A stretch of DNA of 64,000 bases from Mobula hypostoma (GCF_963921235.1 NC_086098.1:33852001-33916000), one strand, 5' to 3'. Positions 37,681 to 51,264 are shown, counted from the first letter of the stretch. Notes: generated from the sequence alone by a model not told the origin. A program made the numbers and translations.

Positions 37681-38364
37681 GATAAATAAAAATGGCCTAC
37701 TGCTGTCTGCTGAGGTTACACTGAGGTATCTGAATTTAAAAAAGGCTCTTACAGAAGACTGGTGTGGAGAATTATGTAAACAAACTAATTGCTTACACAA
37801 TCTGCAGCTTTCAAATCAGGATATTGCCCCTGGCTGAGCACTGCAGAGTCCCTACTGAGAATATTGAGCACCGAGATGAGGAGAAATTTAGTCAGATAAG
37901 GGATGATGAATCTTGGAATTCTCTACTGCAGAAGGCTGTGGATGCCCAGTCAGTGAGTTAGTTTAAAATGGAAATGGATAGATTTCTGGATAATAACAGA
38001 TTCAAGAAACATGCAGAACAATGAGATCATGTTGGAAGTTCGCCTTGCTCCTATTTCCCATGTTTTTAACGCTTTGTTTCCTGTCCCCTGTTGTTCACTT
38101 CTACTTTCTCCACTTGTATAGCTCTTGCTTCTGCAAGCAAGATCCAAATTGTTGGAATGAAGTGCTTGTCATTGCGACACTCTATGCAAGCTCTGAGACA
38201 TGCATAGCTATAATGCTTATGACGGTGTTAAGTGTGTGAGGAACATGAATGATCAGTCTGAGGCCAAATTGATAGATTCCTAATGGTGGTGGTGGTGGGG
38301 GGCAGGGGTTGGTGGTATTCTTTATGGTTAGCAATGGATATGATGAATTGAACATTCATGAGTA

Positions 38365-38550
38365 ACACACACATAAAATGCTTGAGGAGCTCAGCAGGTC
38401 AGGCAGCATCTATGGAAATGAATAAACAGTTGACTTTTCAGGTTGAGAACCTTCATCAGGACTGGAAAGAAAGGGGAAGAAGCTAGAATCAGAAAGTGGG
38501 GTAAGGGGATGGAGTACAAGCTGGAAGGTGATAGGTGGGGCCAGGTTTGA
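38365..38550 (-). mobile_element. Penelope-like tail fragment with degenerate hammerhead motif
   Basis: reverse strand ccagtc-CTGATGA-aggtt-ctc-aacct-GAAA-agtc-aactg; tail matches 21215-21320. Confidence 0.7.
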
Positions 38551-38676
38551 CACCTTTGGTGTTACTGTAAGGATCTGACATTTGAAGATGCATTCACTGA
38601 CTTCCACCTCTTATGGCAGGTTATTGAACCACCTAAGCCATGAAATTCAGGTCATGCAAACAACAATAATTTTCTG

Positions 38677-40121
38677 CAAAGTTCAAAGTAAATTTATTAT
38701 CAAAGTGCATATATGTCACCGTATACAAACCTGAGATTTATTTTCTTGTAGGCATGCTCAATAAATCCAATAGCCATAATACAATCAAAGCAAGACTGCA
38801 CCAACAGGATGGACAACCAGTGTGCCAAAGACAACAAACTGTGCAAATACAAAAAGAAAGAAAAAAGGAAATAAATAAACAAACAAAAGATATTGAGAAA
38901 ATGAGATGATGAGTTCTTGAAAGTGTATCCAGAGGTTGTGGGAACAGTTCAATAATGGGACAAGTGAAGTTGAGTGAAGTTATCCTCTCTGATTCAAAAG
39001 CCTGATGGTTGAGGGATAGAAACTGTTCCTGAATCTTGTGGTGTGAGTCCTGAGGCTCCAGTACCTTCTTCCTGATGGCAGCAGTGAGAAGAGAGCATGT
39101 GCTGGATGGTAGGTTTCCCTGATGATGCATGCTGCTTTTTTGCAACACCGTTCCGTGTAGGCATGCTCAATGGTGAGGAAGACTTTACTGTGATGGACTG
39201 AGCCGTATCCACTACTTTTGTAGGATTTTCTGTTCAAAGCCATTGGTGTTTCCATACTAGGCTTTGATGCAGCCAGTCAATATGCTCTCCACCACACATC
39301 TATAGAAGTTCGTCAAAGTTTAGATGTCATTACAAATCTTTGTAAACCTCAAATGAAGTAGAGTTGCTGCCATTTTTCTTCATAATTGCACTTACGTGCT
39401 GGGCGCAGGCCAAGTATTTCAAAATGGTAATGCCAAAGAATTTAAAGTCACTGACCCTCTCCATCTCTGATCCCCCGATGAGGACTGGCTCATGGACCTC
39501 TGGTTTCCTCCTCCTGAAATCAATAATCAGCCTCTTGGTCTTGCTGACATTGAGTAAGAGGTTGTTGTTATGGCACAATTCAGTCAGATTTGCAATCTAC
39601 CTTCTACATGGTGATTTGTAGCCACCTTTGATTCGGCCTATGACAGTGGTACGTAAATAAACGTTGGAGCAGACCGCTTAGTCACACACTCATGGGTATC
39701 AAGCGAGTAGAGCAGGGGGCTAAGCACACAGCTTTGTACTGCTTCTGTGCTGATGAAGATTGTAGAGGGGATGTTGTTTCAAACCCAAGGAGACTGGGGT
39801 CTGCAAGTGAGGCAATCAAGGATCCAATTGCACAAAGAGGTATTGAGGCCAAGGTCTTGAAGCTTATAGGTTAGTTTTGAGGAGATGGTAGTATTGAATG
39901 CCGAGCTGTAGTCACTTAAGACCTTCCTGATGTATGCATATTTGTTGTCCAGATGTTCCAGAGCTGAGTGAAGAGCCAATGAAATGGCATCTGTTGTGGA
40001 CTTGTTGTGCCAGTAGGCAACTTGAATCTGATCCAAGTTGCTTCTCAGGCAGGCGTTGATGTGTTTCATCAACAACCTCTCAGAACACTTCTCTGTGGAT
40101 GTAAGTGCTACTGGATGATAG
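38677..40121 (-). mobile_element. Rex-Babar-like LINE (RT to 3' tail)
   Basis: ORFs 39779-40132 (YHPVALTS, DYSSAFNT, CNWILD), 39330-39578 (NNLLLNVSKTK) and 38980-39255 (LLPSGRRY). Confidence 0.88.
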
Positions 40122-40479
40122 AGGACAAACACACTGTAGGTTGGACAAATACCATTCTCTGCTTCAACTTAAATGTACTTCACCAGTTCAAAGGTGAATA
40201 TTATGATCTTAATCTTTCCACTTTTGCCAGTCAACAGTATGGTTGATGCTGAATGCACATTATAACAACACAATGTTGGTCTGTATCCAGCATTTTTAAG
40301 TAGATCAATTGTACATCACAATCCCCCTCTCTCCTTCAAATTTGCTATCAAATGTAGCCCTGATTAGGGGTTTTTATAATATAATTTCCTAAAAAATTTC
40401 CAGCATAGCCAGATTAGTTGTAACAAAAAAAATACCACATTTTGAGTTCAAAAATAGAACCATAAAGAATAAGGGAAGT

Positions 40480-40815
40480 GACGGTACATTGGTATAGCTA
40501 GTAGAACCACAGGCTGGGATTGCCAGGACCAAAGTTCAGTCCTGACCTTGTCCGTGTGGAGGACACATTTTCTCCCTTTGACTGCATGGGTGCTCTCTGG
40601 GGACTCTGGTTTTTTCCAACATTCCAAAGTCGTGAGTTGGTAGGTAAAATTGACCCTTGCAAATTTCCCCTAGTGTATATGTGAAAGGTAAAATCTGGGG
40701 AATTTGTGGAGAATTTAAAACTGGGATTAATGTAGGGTTAGTGATAATTGGTGGTTGATGGTCAGATTGAATTTGGTATGCTCAAGGATATGTTTATGTA
40801 CTGTGTTTCTCTCTG
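40480..40815 (+). mobile_element. V-SINE-like (HE1-type) element, degenerate
   Basis: tRNA-like head, ttctccctttgactgcatgggt...ttccaaag V-domain-like sequence, CR1-like tail. Confidence 0.55.
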
Positions 40816-42639
40816 TCTAATAGAGAATTAGGCGGTGATCAGCAAGGCACAATTAAAGTACTGTCTGTGGCTTTGGCACGTGGTTATACAAAGCCATTGA
40901 AGCAAAAGGATTATACAAAGTACTTCCAACATGGATGATATCAGGACTATAGCAACTATAGTCATGATGAGGTGCTATGAGCTCAGTGGTGATTTTGTTA
41001 AAATCACTAACATTATTTGTAATTTTGATGGATGATTTTTTTAAATGTTCAGTTGTGAGTTGTGTATTCACTACTCATCTGAATTTGCCCATGAGAAATC
41101 TGTAGTGAGCTGCCAACTCAAACCATTGCAGTCCTTCTAATCAAGATACCCCCCACATTTCTGTTGAAGGAGAGATAATCTTGGATTTAGACCTATGCCA
41201 GTGAAGAAATAGTGATGTACTTTCAAATCAGGATGTGCTTTGTTATAATGGAGAACCTGTAGGTAATGGAAGTCCCTTGTATTTAATGGTGTCAAAAATT
41301 GCAGAATGGGTGGTGCTAACGTAGTGCATCTTCTTGAAGCAAATTGAGTGCCCTGATGACAGAGGGGGTAAAGGTTTAGGGTCCTGCATGCAGCGCTGCT
41401 TTGTTTTTGACTAGTGATGAAGCTGCGACATGGAGCATATTCCATCAGTATTTGATGTGTCTTGTGGATTAAGAGAACTTTTTGAGGGCCCCGGCAGGGA
41501 GGCACCTGCCTCAGGATTTCCAGCATCTGACCTGCTCTTAAAGCCGTTGTATTGATGTTGCTGATCCAGTTGAGTATCTGCTCAGTGATGCTGCTCGGCT
41601 TGCTGATCGGCGATGGTAATGCTGTGGATGCCTGGTTACACTTTTTCTTTGTCAGTTTGGAAATGGTGGGATGAATGGTTTAAGTCTCTTATGATTCTAA
41701 CATGACAAATAATCGAGATTTATTTTGCATTACTGTAGTTTTGTATTAATCTAACGGGTGCAGACCATAAAACAATTAATCTTTGTTTGGCCCTCCTTAA
41801 GTTCAAATTGAAAAGATTGCACAAAGATCATACAGCTGACCATGTCAAACAAATTGCTCCAATCATAAGACGCATAGTTATGGTGGCCCTATTAACTGAG
41901 CTGTGATAGCGTAATTGTTAGCACATTACATTAAAAGATTCTTGTTAAAGTTCATTTTTCACACTATCTACACATTATATTATGTATTAATTCATTTTGT
42001 AAGGAAAGAGAAGTCCTATGTAATGATCTTGAATTGAATTAGAATTTCCATGCAATGCCCAATATTTTAAATTTTCACACTTTGTCTTATTAACCTCAAT
42101 AGATGTGAGAAGAAAGGCAAAACTGCATTCTGTCAGTTGCAGTAAAATCAGTCCATTGTGTTAATTCATTAGTTTTGATGAAAGCAACCTCTTGTCCTGT
42201 GGGGAAGGGAGTTATTGTGCACACACTGGCCCTAAGTAGTCAATATGGCTTGTGTATGGAAAAGGGAAACATGAATAACAACACAAATCAGGAGTAGATA
42301 AAACGTATTGGTGTTTGTTTTCTGAAATTAATTCAGCTGACAATTCTTTGTGAAAGAGGGAGAATGAGAAATGTGAAATGCAATGACATGTTAAAATGAG
42401 GAGTATATTATAAAAGAAAATGAACAAAGGAAACTACATAAGGAGGAATCTGAAACAAGAACAGAAAATATTGGAAATACTCACCAAGTCTGTTAGAGAA
42501 AATCATTAAGAAAAATGTAGAGATATGATAAAGTACTTAAATAGAAATTGGTGGAGTGTTAACTGCTTAAAATTACATCAGTGAGACCATGTTGAATATA
42601 GTACCTCATCTTAGTTATCAAGCTAGAGATCCAACAAAC

Positions 42640-42950
42640 TGGACTAGGTTCAAATATCAACATGAGGAATTTAAGTTCAGCTATTGTAAACTGAGATTAA
42701 AAATATAATATCAGTGTTGACGAACTTGAAATTAGCAGATTATTTGAAAAGCTCATCTGGTTCACAAATGGGCTTTAGGAAATGTCATCCTTACCTGATC
42801 TGGCTGTATATGTTACTTCAGACCCTCAGCAATAACTCTGAACTCCCTGCTGAAAAAGACCTGCAAACCTCTCACTTCAAAGACAGTAAAGGATGTGCAA
42901 TTGCTGCTGCCCTCGCAGGTGATGCTCCCATCCTTTAAATGATAAAAAGC
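42640..42950 (+). mobile_element. Old SINE related to the leader at 12420-12640 and to the LINE tail at about 10680
   Basis: ggttcaaat B-box-like motif, catctggttcac...ggaaatgtcatccttacc, tail gatgctcccatcc...aaatgataaaa. Confidence 0.5.
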
Positions 42951-44146
42951 AATAACCTGTTTCTGCTTGTCAATATATATTTACAGAGTGATCTGTTACA
43001 GAGAAAGGGGAAGCTCTAAAGGTCTAACATTGTCAAAGTCAATACTTGGACTCCAGCACAGCAAACAGACTCAGTGATGAAGCAAAAGTATGAGTGAGGA
43101 ATTGTGGCAGGTGACAATGACCTAGGGTTGCAGTTGCACCAAAGTCATTGAAAGGGGCACTCCTTGATGCTTACGATAGGTGACTCTATCTGTATGTAGT
43201 CTGCCATGTGTCAATTAATTGTTCTGGCCCCCAGTTCCTGCATCATTAGTACCTGCTCTTTTTGCCAAATTTTACTGGTTTTATTTCTCAGCCTTTCCCT
43301 GGCAGTCCTCTTGACAATCCCAAACACCTAGCAATTAGCCTATTTTCTGACCTTTAATAGTCAGCTTGCTTACTCTAACTCTAGCCACTTACCTATTCTG
43401 ACTTTGCCAAATCTCTTGAATTTTCTTTACCAAGCTTGATAAATGAAAACATCAGCTATCTGTTCACAAAATCTAATTTAATGCTGGCTGTTTCTTGATG
43501 GTCAGATTTTATTTTTGAAGTAAATTGGAAACATTATTCTAATAAGGAAGAGATGAAATGGTGATTGAAAAAGTAAGAATTGAATGAAATTACACAGAAT
43601 ATATGTGAAGGGGAAAGAATTAATGTATTAGATGGAAAAAAAAGATCTGAGGAATGAAGTCTTGAAAAGAAGGATGAAAGTGAGGATGAAAATTTAAGAA
43701 ATAAATGTGCTGTGTAGATTATATCTACACAGTTGACAAATAAACGTTAAAAATCATATGATCGGCTAGATTTCAGATTCTCTGCAAAGTTCATTCATAG
43801 TAATAACGAGCATAATTATTGGAATGAGTGGACATCTGCCATTGAAATTTATTTCTTTCCTTCCAAAAATTTGGTCAACCCTAGTACAAATGTTACTGTT
43901 GAACTATCAGAAAGATGCAAAGTAAAATTAATGCCATTAAAAACTATGAGTTGATGAACACAAGCTGATTGAATGGAAGTTGTGCTAATTTTATAAACTT
44001 ATTTTTCATTGCTTTATAGTTTTTGAGGTCAAGATGACATGCTGAAAAGGTCTTCGACATTAGTTTATAGGTCTGCTGCTGTAAAATACATAGGAGTACA
44101 GCTTTTCATTTTTTTCATATTTCATTTATTTTCTCATAATTAACAG

Positions 44147-44259
44147 CCAAGAAGTCAAGTAAGTTTAAAGACTGGCTAGACTGCAGTAGCATGGAGGTCA
44201 AGCCAAATCCAGTTGCATTGGAGATCATGGCATACCTAGCATATGAAACAGTGGCCCAG
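44147..44259 (+). CDS. SUPT3H: SUPT3H internal coding exon ([38 protein letters not shown]), phase 1 to 0
   Basis: taacAG acceptor, CAG|GTAACG donor; conserved [14 protein letters not shown] and [10 protein letters not shown] histone-fold segment. Confidence 0.96.
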
Positions 44260-44788
44260 GTAACGTGCTAATTTTATAAAATGGAGATTTATAATAGTAT
44301 GTTAAATACATTTAAGGTGTGGTTTTTGTATTATCATCTGTACTGCATGTTTCTGTAAAAAGTATTGTATAGCTAGTGGCTCTGGTGATGATTTAACAAC
44401 TCAGAGGTCATGAATTTTAATGGACAGGTGTGAAAAGAGTTTGCTTGGTCCATTTTTATTGCAAACTAACACTGATGAACCATACGTAAATTGGGGGGGA
44501 GGGGAGAGCAAGAAGACGGTTGTCACTATAACCAAATAGTCAGTTTGTACTTGCATGCAAGGATGTAATCGTTAGCCTCTTTAATGCATGTTTTAGAAAG
44601 GGTGGGAGGTTTAGTGGCAATGCCTTTCTGTGGTTTTTGCTTATTATGCTGTTAACAACAAAAATTCTGAATTACTTAAGCACATCAAAATTATTGCCAG
44701 GCTCATAAGAGATTAGCTAATTTCTTCACATAATGTCAAGTTAACACTTCTGTTTAAATCCTGTAATATATCAATATATTATTTTAAG

Positions 44789-44899
44789 CTGGTGGACCTA
44801 GCCCTTTTGGTGAAGCAAGATATGACTGCTAAAACTAGTGATCCATTTAATAACGCCAAGTCTACAATATTTGCACATCATAACACTGCGTTGCCTGAG
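44789..44899 (+). CDS. SUPT3H: SUPT3H internal coding exon (LVDLALLVKQDMTAKTSDPFNNAKSTIFAHHNTALPE), phase 0 to 0
   Basis: ttttaAG acceptor, GAG|GTAAGT donor; LVDLALLV.QDM motif continues the previous exon. Confidence 0.95.
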
Positions 44900-45711
44900 G
44901 TAAGTACTTCAAACTAACATAGTCTCTAAGTGGGAGGAAATTTGCCTCCCAGATTTTCTCCCATGGAGACACAAATGCTACCATTTATTTTTTAGTAATA
45001 TTAAGCTGCAATTGTGTGTGTTCCAATTTGGACTATTGCCTAACAGTACACACTCCTCATTGCAGAGTCAGATTCCACAAGGAACATTAAAATTTATATC
45101 AATTGTTATTCACCTTTAGCTGCTATCTGCCAGAAATCGTTTAAGATGCAAAGTTAGTCCTATGATACCTTTGAAATGGCTCAAAAAGTAAAATAATCAG
45201 CCCATAGAGTTCCACCTAAACTGTCAATCAGTTTATTAGTGAGAAATAAACTATGGACAAGCCTGAATCAATTGAAAGGTGAGTCATTGTAAATCTAGAC
45301 CAGCTAATTACCACATTGTGAGTCTCAATCAAGAAAAAAGGCTGGAAAAGTTGATTTAGCTATACTGAAGAAACAATTAAATATTTATTTCCAAGTCAGA
45401 GTGTTGTGTGACTTGGAGTGGAACCTACAATTACTAGTATTTCTGAAAACCTAAAACTCTTGTTTTTTTATTTCAGAGGTACTAAAGGAATAGCCCAGGC
45501 AGGTATCTACAGTGCACTTTGTTGATCGTATGCATTGGTAGCCAAAGTGCACCTGCAGCTTTGGCTATTAAATAGGATGCAAATCAAGCTGCTTTATCCT
45601 GGATGTTCTTGTGTTTGTTGAGTGCTCCTAAACTGCACAAATCCAGACAAGTTACACTCCTGATGTGCCATGTATTTTATATTTCCATTGGTACTTGCCA
45701 CCTATTAGCTT

Positions 45712-47021
45712 ATCGGGCAAAGTCAGCATGGATTTGTGAAAGGAAAATCATGTCTGACGAATCTCATAGAATTTTTTGAGGATGTAACTAGTAGAGTGGA
45801 TAGGGGAGAACCAGTGGATGTGGTATATTTGGATTTTCAAAAGGCTTTTGACACGGTCCCACACAGGAGATTAGTGTGCAAACTTAAAGCACACAGTATT
45901 GGGGGTATGGTATTGATGTGGATAGAGAATTAGTTGGCAGACAGGAAGCAAGGAGTGGGAATAAATGGGACCTTTTCAGAAAGGCAGGCAGTGACTAGTG
46001 GGGTACCGCAATGCTCAGTGCTGGGACCCCAGTTGTTTACAATATATATTAATGACTTAGACGAGGGAATTGAATGCAGCATCTCCAAGTTTGCGGATGA
46101 CACGAAGCTGGGTGGCAGTGTTAGCTGTGAGGAGGATGCTAAGAGGATGCAGGGTGACTTGGATAGGTTAGGTAGTGGGCAAATTCATGGCAGATGCAAT
46201 TTAATGTGGATAAATATGAGGTTATCCACTTTGGTGGCAAGAATAGGAAAACAGATTATTATCTGAATGGTGGCCAATTAGGAAAAGGGGAGGTGCAACG
46301 AGACTTGGGTGTCATTGTACGCCAGTCATTGAAAGTGGGCATGCAGGTACAGCAGGCGGTGAAAAAGGCGAATGGTATGCTGGCATTCATAGCAAGAGGA
46401 TTCGCGTACAGGAGCAGGGAGGTACTACTGCAGTTGTACAAGGCCTTGGTGAGACCACACCTGGAGTATTGTGTGCAGTTTTGGTCCCCTAATCTGAGGA
46501 AAGACAGCCTTGCCATAGAGGGAGTACAAAGAAGGTTCACCAGATTGATTCCTGGGATGGCAGGACTTTCATATGATGAAAGACTGGATCGACTAGGCTT
46601 ATACTCTCTGGAATTTAGAAGATTGAGGGGGAATCTTATTAAAACGTATAAAATTCTAAAGGGATTGGACAGGCTAGATGCAGGAAGATTGTTCCCGATG
46701 TTGGCGAAGTCCAGAACGAGGGATCACAGTTTGAGGATAAAGGGGAAGCCTTTTAGGACCGAGATGAGGAAAAACTTCTTCACACAGAGAGTGGTGAATC
46801 AGTGGAATTCTCTGCCACAGGAAACAGTTGAGGCCAGTTCATTGGCTATATTTAAGAGGGAGTTAGATATGGCCCTTGTGGCTAAAGGGATCAGTGGGTA
46901 TGGAGAGAAGGCTGGTACAGGGTTCTGAGTTGGATGATCAGCCATGATCATACTGAATGGCGGTGCAGGCTCGAAGGGCCAAATGGCCTACTCCTGCACC
47001 TATTTTCTATGTTTCTATGTC
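45712..47021 (+). mobile_element. Young CR1 LINE (copy 3), 5'-truncated
   Basis: ORFs 45736-45933, 45934-46266 and 46194-46928, near-identical to copies 1 and 2; (tttctatg)n tail. Confidence 0.95.
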
Positions 47022-48898
47022 TGAATACTGCCTAAGTTTTGCTGTATGCAGGCATAGGCTAATTTATTGCTGAAGAGTTGTGTGTACGTCAATCATCAGC
47101 AAACATTCCCACTTTGATTTTGCTTGAAAGCAGTATCGTGATGTGCAGCTGAAGACGGCTGTGCCTAGGCCATTGCCCTGGGGAATTCTAGCAATGCCTT
47201 GGGGATAATTGGTCTTCAGTAAACACAATTATCTTCTTTTGTTCGAGATATGTCTCCAATCGCTGAAGTATTTTTGCTCTTTGATGACCATTGACTTCAC
47301 ATTTACTAAGGTGGTCTAGGTGCCACACTTGTTCAAATGCTGTCACTGTCACTTAAATCTCACTTCAGGATTTATTTCTTTGAACCATGGTTGGACTAGG
47401 GCTTTGAGGTTTGCAGCCCAACTGTTCTGGCAAAAGTCATATTGGACAACACAAGCAATGAGTGGCTTAACTCACCACTGGAATCTTTTTGGAAAATTGC
47501 ACAAGAAATTTGCAGTGCTCTTCTCTCACAACTAGAGCAGTGCAGCTAACACCCATTTGGCACAAATAACTGTGGACACCTTGTGAATGAAGCCTGAAGC
47601 TGCACATAGTATTGGCTTGTGTGGGTGGCTCTGTTGCTCCACTGAATGTGTTACCATTTCAGACAAAACATTCCTCTCCATGTGTCAATGGCGTCTCAGC
47701 ATTTGGAGTTCATGCTGCAAGGACATAGTTACATGTTGAACCATTTAAACAGAATAAATCATCAGCAACTTTGTATTAATTGTCAACTTCCTCTGGACTA
47801 GACTTGAAAAACATAATAAGAGCCATTTGGGTTCCAGGATAATACAATATGGTCTCGGTGAACGATATTTTAGCAACGGAGTTGGACAGTATCTGATCTT
47901 TTTCTCTCCTGGTAGCAAACTCAAATTCAGCATCAGATTTTAATGAAAATTATTTTATGCAACTGGAACAAAGTAGGGAACATGGGAACAATAATTGGTC
48001 ACTCAGCCCTTTGAGTCTGTTCCAACATTTAATGAAACCCTGGCTCCTGGATGTTCTACATCTCAATTCTTTACAAATGTAATTTATAATATATAAAAAA
48101 AACTACATGTGATATTGTTGTACATATCTGTGTGTGTGGTTGTGCACGTATGCTGTTTGAGATGAACATTGAATAAAGCAGCATGCTTTTTAAAGAAGAG
48201 AAACGACACTGCAGGTGCTGGAATCTGGAGCAAAAAATAGACTTGGAGAAAACTTAGTGGGTCAAGCAGTATCTGTGGAGGCAAGTGGGATGTGTTGATA
48301 TTTTTGGTTGTGACTTTGCATTATTCTTGGAAAGCTGACACATCCGTTTTACCTCTGCAAATGCTGCTTGACATGCAGAGTTTTTCCAGCAGTTTATTCT
48401 TTTTTTCTCCATGCACTTAAAGCACTCCATGTTTCCAGTGTGATACCATAGATTGCAACTCACAGGGCTTTGCACATCACAACTGGTGACAATAGAATGG
48501 GAAAAAAAATATGAACATGTTGAAAGCATCCAGTGACTACTGTAAGTTCATGGTAGTAGGGTGAGTCTGAAATTAGTCACAATAGATTCAACATGCAGAC
48601 ATGAAGCAGCAGTACCTGACTTCAGAATTGAGTGTGGGAGACATAAAGGGTGGTGACTGTGGTTTGTCGAGAGAATAGCGCAAGACCCAAGCTGGCCATG
48701 GTGTTTATGATATAGTGCATGAACCATTCAGTTCTTATAAAGAACAGATGGAGATGTCCATCAAGACAAAGATTTCATTGAAATTGAATCCAAGGGCAAA
48801 GTCAAAACCAAACCAGATTATATTTAATTGCATTTCTTGTTTGTAGACAATCTACTTGTATTTGAGGTGCTCAGCAAAATAATTTTGCATTCTTTTAG

Positions 48899-49090
48899 AT
48901 GCAACTTCATGTTCAACCTGTGAACGTAAAGAACAATCCTGAATCTCCTGAGAATACACCTCCATCAACCCCAACTACGCCAGCATCAACAGTGCCACAT
49001 GTGTCTAAAACACATTCAGGAAATGTGGGCAATGGAAGCTTGGGTCAAGATTCCAGCAATTCCAAGGCAAAAACTCGCAAACGAAAAAAG
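48899..49090 (+). CDS. SUPT3H: Probable SUPT3H coding exon, Pro/Ser/Thr-rich with basic end (MQLHVQ...ESPENTPPSTPTTP...KAKTRKRKK), 192 nt, phase 0 to 0
   Basis: ttcttttAG acceptor, AAG|GTCAGT donor; open frame in phase with the upstream exon; non-repeat sequence. Confidence 0.85.
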
Positions 49091-49134
49091 GTCAGTATAT
49101 TTTTTTGTATGATAAAACGACTTTCTAAAATAAA

Positions 49135-50650
49135 AACATAGAATATAGGAGCAGATGTAAACCATTTAACTCTTTTATCTGCTCTGCAGTTCCAGAAGAT
49201 CGTTGATGGTTATCTTTCCCAATACTCTGTTTCCACTCTTTTCCCTACCCTTTGATACCCTTACTGTCTAGAAACTTAACTGGCTCCTGAAAATAGTCAG
49301 CAACTTGACTTTAACTGGCCCTGTATAACAGCAACTTCCATGGGTTCACCTCCCTCTGGATGTGGAAAATTTTCCTTATTTCAGTCATAAATTTTTTGCC
49401 CTATAACCTGAGACAGTGATACCTTGTTCTTGGCACCAAACAGTGGAAACAGGTCTCCACAGCTAGTCTGCCCAGCCTCGTCAGAACTTTGAGAATTTCA
49501 GTTAAATTACCTCTCATTCTTCTAAGCTCTATTGAATGCAATTGTAGTTGAGATAATATCTCGTCATTTGGCAGTTCCACTGTTGTAGGAATCAGTCTGA
49601 TTAATCTTCACTATGCTTCCTCTATTCTGTATTTGTTTTGTATAATCAAAAAAAAACTTCATACAGCACTCCATGTGCAGTCTCACCAACAATCTTTACA
49701 AGTGTTGCAAGCCATCATTGCTCTTGTACTCAAATCCTCCTGCTATGAAAGCTAGTGTACATTGTGCTTTCTTAACAGTTTGCTGTAAGTTGGTAAATGA
49801 ACAGTAACAGATATTTGAGCAGATAATTAATAATGCCCAGTATAACATGTCCCAACTAGAAGGGATTCTGTGGAAGATGAGAATCATCCAGATTTGATAA
49901 AGAAAGTCAAGGATAATGTCAAATTGGAAAGTAGGCCATTCTAAATAGCAAGGGGTAGTAGCAAACAAGAAAATGGACACATTTTTTCAGGAACCAAGGT
50001 GAAAGACTATAAAAGCTTATAACAAAAGATGATAATTGATTTTGAGAGACAATTTACATCTGATGTCAAAATGAACAGTAAAAATTTCTGTGGGTATATA
50101 AAACAGAAAAGGACAGCTAAGGTAAGTGTGCCACCTCTAGAGAATGGGGCTGGTGATGTAACAACAAGAGTGTTAGACTATCTACCTACTGATTTAAGAA
50201 ACATGAAAGAGTAACACTAGAGGTAGTGCATGTGGAAACTTTCCAGGCTAAATCCTGGGATGGCAGAATTGCCCAATCAGGAGAGATAACAGTCTGCGTC
50301 TATATTCTTTGAATTTAGAAGAATGAGGGGTAACCTTATTGAAACGTCTAAGATCTTAAGGAGGCATGACTAGGTAGATGTCGAGATGATTGTAATAGTG
50401 AAAGAATTTTGAATGAGGGGATGGAGTTGCAAAGTAGGGGGATTGTCATTTATAAGTGAGATGTGTAGAATCTCACAGAGAGCAGTAAGTCTCTGGGATT
50501 CTTTACCCCAGAGAGTTGTAACTGGGATGTAGAATTGAGGATTATGGGGATCTGGCACAAAGTAGTAGTTAACGCCTGAGGTAGATCAGCTGTGATCATA
50601 TGGAGTGGTGAGACAGGCTTGAGGCCTACTGCTGCTCCTGACTGTGTTCA
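49135..50650. mobile_element. Old CR1 fragments in both orientations (- 49135-49790; + 49800-50650)
   Basis: VKKAQCTLAFIAGGFEYKS (ORF 49696-49980); decayed CR1 tails. Confidence 0.65.
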
Positions 50651-51264
50651 TGTCTGTTCTGTATCTTATAATATTTAAATATCAGTGCATTTTTACTTAA
50701 AACTGAGTGTAACCTAACACTAAGATCAATTCTGACAAGAAGCTAAACATCGCTACCAATATAAACTGGACTCATCAACTCATGTTATATCGTTATCTCT
50801 ACCAATGAAGATGAAATATTTACTCTGTGGCGATGGTGCTTTACCCAGTCATTGAAGTAGAAATATCTATTGCTGTAATAAAGCAAAACTCAATAACTTG
50901 ACAGTAGTTTTTTTCTTATATTTGTCCATGTCTATCTAACTTTCCCTTCTAATCTGCACCAGTAAATTGAGTATGCTTTGGCTTGCCCATCCCCCAACTT
51001 GGTAAAGGGTTAACGTTGGTCGGGATTCCGGTAAATAGTAACATGTTTACTGCTTAGTCTTCTATAAATAAAAAATTATTTCCACAAAATAGTACCTGAC
51101 ACATTCATGGCTATTATTTTTACAAATTTTGGCCTGTCACAGTGGGTGACTTCTCTTTCCCCTAAATTCCATTCTGGTGATATCACAGAATAATGTTTTG
51201 CTGAGGCCATAAGACATGTGAGCAGATTGATGTTGCAGTGTTCGATGTTCACCACCATCCTAAC

